The notes under the pieces are model-generated. The model worked only from the letters and a program-made list of their open reading frames with translations. It was not told where the DNA came from and made no database searches. This document shows positions 49,349-59,796 of a stretch of DNA of 64,000 nucleotides, piece after piece; within the stretch, counting starts at the first letter, position 1; each line of letters opens with the position of its first letter. Source of the DNA: Myxococcales bacterium (GTDB taxonomy: Bacteria; Myxococcota_A; Polyangia; Polyangiales; DASUME01); the NCBI GenBank assembly GCA_047601445.1, contig JASGJH010000001.1:9248001-9312000 (forward strand), written 5' to 3'. A program made the position numbers and the translations under genes.

Positions 49349-51706
49349 TTGTCTTTGCGGCGTCGTCGGCATGTAAGCAGGTGGTCTTGGCTCGTTGGGG
49401 TCGCGAGCTGCGCGATGGTGGCTTGTCACGAGGATCCCAAACCACAGCCGGGCGTGGTGATCACGCCCTCGGGGTTCGCGGTGCCCTCGCGCGAGACGGC
49501 GCTGCAACAGGACTACGAGCTGCGCGATGCGTTCCCGAACGTCCACTTCGACTCGCCGGTGTCGATGATCCAGGCGGGCGACCACATGCTGATCGCCGAG
49601 CGCACCGGGCGCATCTTCGCTTTCGAGCGCCGAGACGACGTCACCGAGAAGCACCTGGTGCTGGATCTCTCGGCCCACGCCATCGCGCAAAAGGACTCGG
49701 GCCTGCTCGCCATTGCCGCGCACCCCGACTTCGCCAAGGAAGGTGCGGCCGGCAAGGGCCAGTTGTTCGCCTTCTATGCGTACGTCACCGAGGTTCCGGA
49801 GGGGGACACCGGCAATGTGTTCTCCCATGTACTGCGCCTCTCGCGCTTCACGGTGGGCGACGACTGGACCGCGGACCCGAGCTCGGAGCAGGTCCTGGTC
49901 GCGCAGCCCGACAAGCACCTCTGGCACCAGGGCGGCGGCCTCTTCTTCCATCCCAAGGACGGCTTCCTCTATCTGACCATCGGCGACGAAGGCGGCTACG
50001 ACTGCCACTACGAGACCTGTCAGCACAACGACGTGTTGTTCGGCGCCGTGCTGCGCCTCGACGTCGACTGCCGGGGCGGCGAGATCAGCCATCCCATCGT
50101 GCAGCAGCCGAGTGACGCCACCACCGATCACTACTGCATCCCCAACGACAACCCGTTCGTGGGGCAGGACGATGTGATGGAGGAGGTCTACGCGTTGGGG
50201 CTGCGCAACCCGTTCCGCATGACCTACGACCCGGTGGACGATCAGGTGTGGATCGGCGACGTGGGCGAGCACCTGCACGACGAGGTGGACATTCTGGGCA
50301 AGGCCGCGAACTTCCAGTGGGACATCATGGAAGGCGCCGAGGCCCGTCCGAATCCGAGCGATCCGTCGCGTCCACGCCCCGGCGTCTGGACCGATCCGTT
50401 GATCTCCTATGGGCGATCCGACATGAAAGCCATCATCGGTGGCTACGTGTATCGCGGCAGCGAGCTACGCGGACTCTACGGCAAGTACGTGCATGCGGAC
50501 TATCGCAGCGGCACCGTGTGGGCCACGGAGTACGCCGTGCAAGGCGGCAGAGTTTCCCTGGTCGGCAATGAGCCGATCCTCGAGTCGGAGTACGCGGACG
50601 ACGAGGACGGCATCAGCTCCTTCGCGGTCGACAACGACGGCACGCTCTACGTGTTGACCATCCGGCAGGACGCTCCCGTGCTGGCGCTCAGGGTCGCCGC
50701 GAACCAGGCTCCTCCCGCACCGCGGCTCCTCTCGCAGACCAAGCTGTTCTCGGATCTGAAGGAGCTCACCCCCTCGAAGAAGCTGCGTGAGTACACCATC
50801 AACACGCCGCTCTGGTCCGACGGCTCCGGGAAGCGCAGGTTCCTGGGGCTGCCGGGAGCGCCCGCGGGGTATACCGAGCAAGGCGCCTGGGAGCTGCCGC
50901 AGGGGACAGTGCTGGTAAAGCACTTCGAGTTGCCCCTCGATGAGCACCAGCCCGACAAGCTGCATCGCCTCGAGACGCGCGTGCTGGTGATCGACGACCA
51001 CGGCGTGTACGGCGCGACCTACAAATGGCGTGATGACCAGTCGGACGCCGAGCTCTCGCTGGACCACGTGGAGCAGGAGCTGAGCATCACGCAGATCGAC
51101 GGTAGCGTGCGGAAGCAGACGCACATCTTTCCGAGCTCGGGCGAGTGCTTGCGCTGTCACGACCCAGCGGCCGGTAAGGCCCTCGGCATTCAGACCGCGC
51201 AGCTCAACCTGGAGCTCGACGGTCACTCGCAGCTCGAAGCATTGGCCGAGGAAGGTCTCCTCGAGGGCTTGCCCGCAGATCTGGGCAGCCTGCCGCACCT
51301 CGCTCCTCTGAGCGACACGGAGGCACCGATCGAGCAGCGGGTGCGCTCCTATCTGCACGCCAACTGCTCTTTCTGCCATGGCAGCCGCGAGCTCGCCGGC
51401 GCTCAGTGGGATGCTCGCATCACTACCGAGTTGGCGGACGCGCAGATTCTAGACGGCGAGGTGTTGGGGCTCGAGGGCCAAGACGACCTGCGCATCGTGG
51501 CGCCTGGCGATCCGGAACGCTCGTACATGCTGCAGCGCGTGGCCAGCACGGACCGCAATCAGCGCATGCCGCCGCTCGCCTCGGCGCGTCCGGATTCCAC
51601 CTTCGTGGGCGTGTTGGCCGAGTGGATCCGATCGCTCGAGTCGGACGAGGACAACAACGGTTTCGGTGGTGAAGGCGACATCGACATCGACCCGACCGCA
51701 GAGTGA
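49349..51706 (+). CDS. PQQ-dependent sugar dehydrogenase-like beta-propeller fused to a domain with two CxxCH heme motifs; lipoprotein
   Basis: GLLAIAAHPDF, HQGG, IPNDNPF, GLRNPFR; PLWSDG, LETRVL, CLRCH, YLHANCSFCH, RMPP. Confidence 0.87.
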   Translation: MSLRRRRHVSRWSWLVGVASCAMVACHEDPKPQPGVVITPSGFAVPSRETALQQDYELRDAFPNVHFDSPVSMIQAGDHMLIAERTGRIFAFERRDDVTEKHLVLDLSAHAIAQKDSGLLAIAAHPDFAKEGAAGKGQLFAFYAYVTEVPEGDTGNVFSHVLRLSRFTVGDDWTADPSSEQVLVAQPDKHLWHQGGGLFFHPKDGFLYLTIGDEGGYDCHYETCQHNDVLFGAVLRLDVDCRGGEISHPIVQQPSDATTDHYCIPNDNPFVGQDDVMEEVYALGLRNPFRMTYDPVDDQVWIGDVGEHLHDEVDILGKAANFQWDIMEGAEARPNPSDPSRPRPGVWTDPLISYGRSDMKAIIGGYVYRGSELRGLYGKYVHADYRSGTVWATEYAVQGGRVSLVGNEPILESEYADDEDGISSFAVDNDGTLYVLTIRQDAPVLALRVAANQAPPAPRLLSQTKLFSDLKELTPSKKLREYTINTPLWSDGSGKRRFLGLPGAPAGYTEQGAWELPQGTVLVKHFELPLDEHQPDKLHRLETRVLVIDDHGVYGATYKWRDDQSDAELSLDHVEQELSITQIDGSVRKQTHIFPSSGECLRCHDPAAGKALGIQTAQLNLELDGHSQLEALAEEGLLEGLPADLGSLPHLAPLSDTEAPIEQRVRSYLHANCSFCHGSRELAGAQWDARITTELADAQILDGEVLGLEGQDDLRIVAPGDPERSYMLQRVASTDRNQRMPPLASARPDSTFVGVLAEWIRSLESDEDNNGFGGEGDIDIDPTAE

Positions 51707-51726
51707 GGCCCACGCGGGCTTGCGCG

Positions 51727-53745
51727 TCACTCGGACTTGAAGCCGATGCGCGCGTGGGTGCCGTCGCAGAAGGGCTTGTTGCTGCTGCCACCACAACGGC
51801 ACAGGCGGGTCGACGTGACGCGGGCCACCATGCGCCCCGTGCCACTGGTGATCTCGAGGTTGCCCCGCACCTGGAGGGGACCATCGAGCTGCGGCGTGAT
51901 CTCGAGCGGGCCGTTGCGCACGGGGAGCATCTCCGTCTGCGTCCCCGTGGCCGGTTCGCCGCTCGCGCTGAAGCCCACATCGTGGTGGGAGCCGTCGCAA
52001 TAGGGTTTGTGCTTCGACGCGCCGCACCGGCACAGGGTGGCGCGGTTGCAAATCCGATCGCCGTCGAGGAGCAGCTCGCCCCGCACCGCGTAGGGTCCCG
52101 CCTCGCGCACGGCGATCAGGTTGACGGGCGGGCAGGCTTCGTTGGGGCGGCCGTCCTTGCGTTCGTAGCGAATGGCGCCTGAAGGGCAGGCATGGGCGAT
52201 GGCCACCAGCTCCTCCGCGTCCATGGCGTCGGGATGGATCCAGGGACCCTTAACGTTGGCCAAGAAGACATCGGGAGCGCCGGTGACGCAGAAGCGCGCG
52301 TGGATGCAGCGCTTGGCCTCGAACAGCAGCTTCAGATGCTTGCCCTCCACGTGCTCCACGCCATCGATGATGGTGCTGCTCTCGTTGCCCGCCGCGGCTT
52401 CGCCCGCGCTCTCGGCTGGCTTGGCGGAGGCGGCGATCGCGGGAGGAGCAGCGGGAGCAGCCGGTTGGCCCTGCGGCTGCGAGGTTGCGGCGGCACGCGC
52501 TTTACCGAAGCCCTTGGCGGCGCGCTTGTGGAGCTCGCGGAAGTAGCGGGTCGCCCCGTGCACGCGCGTATCGTCTTGATTGGGCAGCCGCTCGGCGGCC
52601 ACGGCCAGCTCTTCGAGACGTTCCACGAAGAAGCGTTCCGCCGCGGGCCCGGGCGGGAACGGCGAGGCGTCGCGCAGCGCCGTGAAGGACACGCCGGCGT
52701 TGCAGTTCGGATGGCTCGGTCCCACGGGCAGTCGCGCGGCGCGCTCGGCCAACAAGCTGAAGGCACGCATCAGTCCCACACCGAGGTCGACCGCGAGCTG
52801 CTTTTCGGGCGCCGGGCGCGGCACCACATAGGAATAGGCCAGCAAGCGCAGCATCATGCCGTATCCCGTATTGGCCACGTCCACCACCGAGGCCGCCTCT
52901 TCGGACTCGATGAAGACGCGACCCTCGGGGCGCATGGGGGGACGCAAGACCGGATTCACGGCGGCGAAAAAGGCGGGACTGAAGTTTGGGTTCTTGGCCT
53001 TGAGCTCGGCCATTTCACTGCGGATGCCGAGGAACCGCTGATAGTGGGAGTCCGTGGCGTCGGCGGGAGCGCCCTCGCCCTGGCGCACGATGGCCTCGAA
53101 GGCGGCCAGCGCCGTCTTGGCGCAGATCACGGGCTTGCACTTCACCAGCTCGACTTCGGCGTTCGAGAGCTGGAGCGCCGGGTCGCCACACATGGCGCTG
53201 CGCTCCCCCACGCGCGCGACGAGCGAGGAAAGGCGCGCGCCGAGCGTGGCGTAGAAGGTGCCCACCGTGTCGTAGTCCATGGCCATGGGCGTAATGCGCG
53301 GCTGCATCAGGCCGCGGCGGTAGCGGAACTCGGCCTCGAAGCCCGCACCGTCGCGCTCGGTCGAGCCCTCCGGGCGCTCCAGGAAGATGAAGTGTTGCAG
53401 CACGGCCTCGCTGAACGGCGCGAGCTTCACCACCACACCCGCGGGGAGGATGCCTGGATCCAGCGGGAAGTTCCCACGTCCGAAGCGCGGCGTGGCCCCG
53501 AGTGCCGACGTGATGTTCCAGACCATGGTGAGGTGGCTCATCTCCTCGATGGCCACCCGCAAGATGGTCGCCCGCCAACGCGCCGTGGCCTCCGCCTCTT
53601 CGCGCGAGAGTCCCTCGGCCTCTCCCGAGCGCAGACTGAAGGCCGCGTAGAGGTAGGTGCACATCAAGTTATGTTCGAGCTCGGCGGCCTCGTAGAGCGA
53701 GTGGACCAGCTGTTCTCGAGAGGTGTAGTCGCTCGCTTCGCCCAT
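51727..53745 (-). CDS. Fusion of ferritin-like domain, divergent Fe-S-binding domain and two CDGSH domains
   Basis: ELEH...YLYAAFSL...EEMSHL; CIHARFC...CPSGAI; CRCGASKHKPYCDGSH and CRCGGSSNKPFCDGTH. Confidence 0.88.
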   Translation of the reverse strand: MGEASDYTSREQLVHSLYEAAELEHNLMCTYLYAAFSLRSGEAEGLSREEAEATARWRATILRVAIEEMSHLTMVWNITSALGATPRFGRGNFPLDPGILPAGVVVKLAPFSEAVLQHFIFLERPEGSTERDGAGFEAEFRYRRGLMQPRITPMAMDYDTVGTFYATLGARLSSLVARVGERSAMCGDPALQLSNAEVELVKCKPVICAKTALAAFEAIVRQGEGAPADATDSHYQRFLGIRSEMAELKAKNPNFSPAFFAAVNPVLRPPMRPEGRVFIESEEAASVVDVANTGYGMMLRLLAYSYVVPRPAPEKQLAVDLGVGLMRAFSLLAERAARLPVGPSHPNCNAGVSFTALRDASPFPPGPAAERFFVERLEELAVAAERLPNQDDTRVHGATRYFRELHKRAAKGFGKARAAATSQPQGQPAAPAAPPAIAASAKPAESAGEAAAGNESSTIIDGVEHVEGKHLKLLFEAKRCIHARFCVTGAPDVFLANVKGPWIHPDAMDAEELVAIAHACPSGAIRYERKDGRPNEACPPVNLIAVREAGPYAVRGELLLDGDRICNRATLCRCGASKHKPYCDGSHHDVGFSASGEPATGTQTEMLPVRNGPLEITPQLDGPLQVRGNLEITSGTGRMVARVTSTRLCRCGGSSNKPFCDGTHARIGFKSE

Positions 53746-53888
53746 GACGCATGGTTTACCAGCCAGGCCGGAGGGGCGCTCGCAGCGGCCGCAAATGAAA
53801 CCAGTTCGTCATCGAAGCGCGCTGCTGTGCGCCGGCGGGCGCCTTCCCGAGTCCTGCCCTCCGTGCGCGTCGTCCGGGCTACGCCGCC

Positions 53889-54251
53889 TCAGCCGCCGGC
53901 CAGCCAGGCCTTCCACACCTCGGGTTGGTAGCCGAGTGTGGCCGCCTTGCCGGAGCGCACGATGGGCGTCTTGAGCAACAGCGGGTCCTCGAGCAACAGG
54001 TTCTCCAGGCGCGGGCCCGTGGGAGCCGCGTACTTCAGACCCTTTTCCACGTAACGCTTGCCCTCAGAGTCGATCAGCGCCGTCATGCCCCCCACGGCGT
54101 TCGCCACGCTGCGCAGTTCGCCGGCGGACATCGGCTTTTCGCCGAGATCGACCGCGTGCACCTTCACGCCACGCTCCTTGAAGAAGCGCTCGGCCTTGCG
54201 GGTCTCGCTGCACTTGCGGGTGCCGAAGATCTGGATGGTCGGGGCTGGCAT
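53889..54251 (-). CDS. ArsC/Spx/YffB-family thioredoxin-fold protein
   Basis: IQIFGTRKCSETRKAERFFKER, PLLLKTPIVR. Confidence 0.88.
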   Translation of the reverse strand: MPAPTIQIFGTRKCSETRKAERFFKERGVKVHAVDLGEKPMSAGELRSVANAVGGMTALIDSEGKRYVEKGLKYAAPTGPRLENLLLEDPLLLKTPIVRSGKAATLGYQPEVWKAWLAGG

Positions 54252-54384
54252 GGCCGCAGCTTAGCAAGCCGGGCCGGCTGGCGTGACGAATGGGCTTCGC
54301 GGACCAAGGTAGGGCACGCGTGAAAGACCGTGGTTCGTGCCGCGATCTCTGAGGTAGGCTGAGGCACGCTGAGGAGGGTCGCAC

Positions 54385-55785
<1,401 letters not shown>

Positions 55786-55859
55786 ACCGGGCGAACAAGC
55801 CCGGAGTGAGATGCCGGGGCCGTGGGCGGGGCCGCGCCCGCCATAGAAAAACGCGCGAA

Positions 55860-56081
55860 CAGACGCTCACGCACGCCGTCGCCGTCGCGGTCAAAGTCGT
55901 CGTCAAAGACCACCACGACGCCCGCGATCAGCAACGTTGGTGTGCGATCTGAAGCCTGCCAGTCGACCTTGACTTGGTCGGCGGCGGCGTGGACCTTGAC
56001 TTGAACGGCGACGGCGTGCGTGAGCGTCTGCACGCGTTCTCTATCACGGGAGTGCCAACGATCAGGGCCACGCTCACGGAC
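55860..56081. repeat. REP-like element: perfect 26-bp inverted repeat plus a 39-bp unit shared with 57892-57930
   Basis: Arms 55860-55885 and 56005-56030; 55864-55898 matches 43974-44009 region at 33/35. Confidence 0.88.
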
Positions 56082-56256
56082 CCAGATCGAGCACGCCGTG
56101 GGGCAGTTCGACGACCGCGGAGAGCGACCGGATGCCGCCGTTTCTGACGCATATGCAAACCCCGACTACCCCGGTAGCGTGTGCAATGACCCCTGCGACC
56201 AAGCCCGCTGCGATCAGCAAGGCCGAGAATCCAAGGTGCTCTCGTGACATCCTCAT

Positions 56257-57564
56257 TCAGCGGCAATCAGACGCTTGCGCCTTGGGGACGCAGGTGCCTT
56301 TCTCGGTGCACCCAGACACGAGGCACTCGTAGGAGTTGCCCTTGAACGTGCAGTGCTTGCTCAGGTCGAAGGCGCACACGCCCTCGGCGCAGTCTGAATC
56401 CGCTGTGCACTGGCTATGCAGTGGAACGGGAACCATGCAGGTGTGCGTGCACTGGTTGCAGATGAGCCCCTCGAGACAAGCGGGCGAGCAGTCTTCGCCT
56501 TCCCGCCCAAGCGCCTTACAGACCCCAGAGCGCCAGTCGCACTTCATGCCTTCCGGGCAACGCTCCAGGTCACCGCAGGCGTCGAGGTTGACGGGCGGTG
56601 CGGGCTCGGTCGAACAGCGGTTCTCGACACAGCGAAGTCCGAGCCGGCAGTCGTTGGCGGAATCGCAGGCTTCGCCGACGTCCGCCCTCGAAACGCAGAC
56701 GCCTGCCACGCACGCGAGCGTGAGGTCGTGGCTGCAGCGGTTCTGATCTTCCTCGCTACACGAAGCTCCGGCGCTCGCGCCGTCGAGTACCGGGAGCGAC
56801 CAATAGGGGTTGGCTACGCAGGTGCCTTCTTGGCCGCACCAATTGTCTGCGCACTGTCGAGGGCTGGTACATGGGCTTCCCAAGGGCAGACGCGGGCGAC
56901 AGATGGCGGCCTCGCAGAAAGTCTTCACGTCGCAGGGGAGGCTGTCGCTGCAAGTCTTGCCTTCGGTCGCTCGTGGCTTGCAAACGCCACAGAGGTTCCT
57001 GCCACGCTGCTGCAGTGGCTGGTCGAAGAGACAGAAGGCTTCGTCCACACAGCCTGCTTGTCCGTTGTCTAAGCACGGTTCCCCGACCGGAGCTTGGGTT
57101 CGAAGTGGGGGCGAGCCGACCGCGCTCACTATGCAGGCGTCGGGGGCTCCGCGATAGGGAAGGACACCGCCGGGAGCGAGGCCCTGTAGGCCCGCGTTGG
57201 TGCCAAAGTTCACCCAGAGAATCGGCAGGTCGCAGCCGTGGCTCTGGATCCATTCCAGGCAGCGGTTGGAGTCTCCATAGGCAGCCGTCCCTCCAGCGGG
57301 ACCATTGAAGTCCGCGAGTCCGTACTCGACACAGGAGGCACGGTCTCCGCCCGGGTAAACCAACAGCGCTCTCGGTACACAGCGTTCGAGGAATGCGCAC
57401 TCGCTCTCGATGACCACCGACGTATCCACCGGCGGTCCCGCGTCCAGGGCCGCGCCAGGAGCCATGCTCGCGTCGTCAGGCCTGAGCTTGCCTGCATTCG
57501 ACGAGGAGTTGCAGGCCAGCCCGAGCAGCCCGAGTCCAAGCGCGAGAGTGCGGGAGGAGCGCAT
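56257..57564 (-). CDS. Cys-rich repeat lipoprotein (G.xC....xC..G..C...xC units)
   Basis: Lipobox LLGLAC; many short Cys repeats such as GEACDSANDCRLGLRCVENRC. Confidence 0.8.
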   Translation of the reverse strand: MRSSRTLALGLGLLGLACNSSSNAGKLRPDDASMAPGAALDAGPPVDTSVVIESECAFLERCVPRALLVYPGGDRASCVEYGLADFNGPAGGTAAYGDSNRCLEWIQSHGCDLPILWVNFGTNAGLQGLAPGGVLPYRGAPDACIVSAVGSPPLRTQAPVGEPCLDNGQAGCVDEAFCLFDQPLQQRGRNLCGVCKPRATEGKTCSDSLPCDVKTFCEAAICRPRLPLGSPCTSPRQCADNWCGQEGTCVANPYWSLPVLDGASAGASCSEEDQNRCSHDLTLACVAGVCVSRADVGEACDSANDCRLGLRCVENRCSTEPAPPVNLDACGDLERCPEGMKCDWRSGVCKALGREGEDCSPACLEGLICNQCTHTCMVPVPLHSQCTADSDCAEGVCAFDLSKHCTFKGNSYECLVSGCTEKGTCVPKAQASDCR

Positions 57565-57621
57565 GCGCCCGGAGCTTACCAGAGTCAGCGGAAGCAACCC
57601 ATCCAGGTTGTGAGATGCGCT

Positions 57622-57768
57622 CTAGGGAAGCGCACCGGCGTCCGCCGCGAACGTTGCAATGAAGCCACGCAAAGAGTTCAGGGTGTCGGCGGGGATGTAG
57701 CCGTCGGCCTGATCCAAGCCTTCGCATCCACTGTCGTTGTCGGCCCGGTAGCGATGGGCCTGGCCAGT
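57622..57768 (-). pseudogene. 3' remnant (48 codons) of a paralog of the 59088-59618 lipoprotein
   Basis: Manual translation TGQAHRYRADNDSGCEGLDQADGYIPADTLNSLRGFIATFAADAGALP* aligns with TGQARRYLADYDSECEGLDQADGYIAAERLGRLYDLISAFATDAGVVH*. Confidence 0.8.
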
Positions 57769-57769
57769 G

Positions 57770-57935
57770 GGGGCGGTGGCCGCGCTCGTGAGCGGGACGA
57801 CGCAGGGCCGTGATCAGCGCCCGTCAGCGAGTGAGCGTCGGCGGCATCGATCACCTTCACGATATGGTTCCCGCTCACAAGCGCGGCCACCATCACGGGA
57901 GCGCCAACGGCCAAGGCCACGTTCACGGACACGGT
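57770..57935. repeat. Member of the dispersed REP-like family
   Basis: 57892-57930 matches 56043-56081 at 34/39; contains GTGAGCG/CGCTCAC cores. Confidence 0.7.
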
Positions 57936-57992
57936 CAGAACTGGTGTCCGTCCCTTCAGGTTGCGGCGCGGTACGCAATCAGCGCGCAGCGC

Positions 57993-58385
57993 CTACCAGG
58001 GCGCACGCAAGCGGCCGAAGCCAGCCACCAGCTCCCGCACCAGCACGCCCAGCCGTCCGCCGCGCAGCGACGCCGTGCCGAGCAGCCCGAGCCCGAGGAA
58101 GAAGCAGACGCGCACCAGGGTTGGCGCGTGAAACACATCCTGGTCTCCGAGCATCCACAGCGTGTTCATCACGGCCCACGCCGCCATCGCGCCGGACACC
58201 AGCCGCGAGGCGTGCGTTGGCGTCGTCAGGACCACCACCGCCAACGAACAAAGCGCCGTGGGCACCGCCAAGCAGATTGCGAGCCAGGTCACACCCTCGA
58301 ACCAGCAATAGTCCATGCCGAACCAGGCCACGCTCGCCGCGAGCTCCATCCAGGTACACCAGGTTTCTCGGCGATTTTGGCTCAT
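57993..58385 (-). CDS. Small hypothetical membrane protein (about 4 TM)
   Basis: GAGG RBS before MSQNRRETW; hydrophobic segments, WAVMNTLWMLGD. Confidence 0.65.
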   Translation of the reverse strand: MSQNRRETWCTWMELAASVAWFGMDYCWFEGVTWLAICLAVPTALCSLAVVVLTTPTHASRLVSGAMAAWAVMNTLWMLGDQDVFHAPTLVRVCFFLGLGLLGTASLRGGRLGVLVRELVAGFGRLRAPW

Positions 58386-58539
58386 ACGGCGCCCTCGGGT
58401 GGGACTGGTGTGTCGGTCGGGCGTCGATGCTACGCGCAAAGGGGAGTGGGGAAAAGGGAGGGATCGGGCTTTGCCGCGACCCCCGGCGGGTAGCGCAGAA
58501 ACGCGAACCACGACATCTAGGAAGGAGCGGAGTCGATCA

Positions 58540-59025
58540 ATGCTGGGATGGAGCGAAGTGCGAGCGGAGTTCGTTTGGGACGGAAGCTGGCGCGATCTAT
58601 GTGTCCGCGCTGCGAACCTCGACGACTGGCAGCATGTGCTCGACGCCCTCCGCGTCGCTGGATTCTCGATGGAGTACACCGTCGCGGGCGTGCCCAGCGA
58701 GCTTCCACTGCAGGTTTCGGAAGTCTTCATGCGAAGCGTGGAGGGATGCTTGCTCTCCGTGACAACGGCAGGCGTCCTTCTCGTCACTCAGTTCTTCGAT
58801 GAGGATGAAATCGTGTTCGATCTCGACCCGCGCGAGGTCGTTGGACAAGTCGAGCTCGATGCGGCTCTTGCGTTCATGAAGGTACTGGCCTGCGCCACTG
58901 GCAAGGACGCCCTGATGACGCCCGAGAACATGCACGATGTTCCATTCATCCGCGTCGACGCGGCCGGCAACGGCGAATACGAATCGTCGGGAGGATTCTT
59001 CGAATCGCGCGTTGAACCGAGCTGA
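58540..59025 (+). CDS. Hypothetical acidic protein
   Basis: AAGGAG upstream; globular composition (WDGSWRDL, FDLDPREV, MTPEN). Confidence 0.7.
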   Translation: MLGWSEVRAEFVWDGSWRDLCVRAANLDDWQHVLDALRVAGFSMEYTVAGVPSELPLQVSEVFMRSVEGCLLSVTTAGVLLVTQFFDEDEIVFDLDPREVVGQVELDAALAFMKVLACATGKDALMTPENMHDVPFIRVDAAGNGEYESSGGFFESRVEPS

Positions 59026-59087
59026 ACCGACTCGGTGTAGCGACACCGACGAAGGTCGCATGCGCGACGAGCCCTGTGAACCGCGCT

Positions 59088-59618
59088 CTAGTGGACCACA
59101 CCCGCGTCGGTCGCGAACGCTGAAATGAGGTCATACAGACGCCCCAGTCTCTCGGCGGCGATGTAGCCGTCGGCCTGATCCAGGCCTTCGCACTCGCTAT
59201 CGTAGTCCGCCAGGTAACGGCGGGCCTGGCCTGTGTGGTCGACAACCGTCAGTTCTTCGAGGGGCGGATGCAAGCAGGGCATCGTTTCGGTGGTCGTCCT
59301 CAGTGCGGCGAGCTGCTCCCGTAGTTGTTGGCTTTGGTCGTCGCTAAGGTGAATGGTCCAGTCGGCACCGCAGGCCGCGGAGGAAAGGGTGTTGGGAGCG
59401 GTATAGGTAGTCGTTGCTGGAGTGTTCTCAGCACAGCCGGCGTCGTCCTCGATGGCAGGTCCGCCAGCCGATTCGATTGCGAAGCCCGTGTCGCCGTCGC
59501 TCCAAATCGCGCGAGACTCGTCGGGAGTGCGGGCCTCGTCGCCAGGCGTCCCATGATCGGTCGTACAGGCTGCAAGCGCAACCAGGGCCAAGAAGGCCGC
59601 ACACCAGGGCAATCTCAT
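59088..59618 (-). CDS. Hypothetical lipoprotein
   Basis: MRLPWCAAFLALVALAAC lipobox; C-terminus conserved in the remnant at 57622-57768. Confidence 0.72.
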   Translation of the reverse strand: MRLPWCAAFLALVALAACTTDHGTPGDEARTPDESRAIWSDGDTGFAIESAGGPAIEDDAGCAENTPATTTYTAPNTLSSAACGADWTIHLSDDQSQQLREQLAALRTTTETMPCLHPPLEELTVVDHTGQARRYLADYDSECEGLDQADGYIAAERLGRLYDLISAFATDAGVVH

Positions 59619-59796
59619 GATTCGTCGTCCTACGGGTTGGGAGATGCCACGCTCTGAGTGCAACGCTCGTGCCGCGCCGTGCAGGCGTTTGAATGCGGAA
59701 AGGCTAAGCAATTGCCGCCGAATCATCCTGTGCCGGTGTGCGCCATCTCGCTGTAAAACGGCCTCTCGTTCGCACCGGGACGAACGGAGCGAGGCC

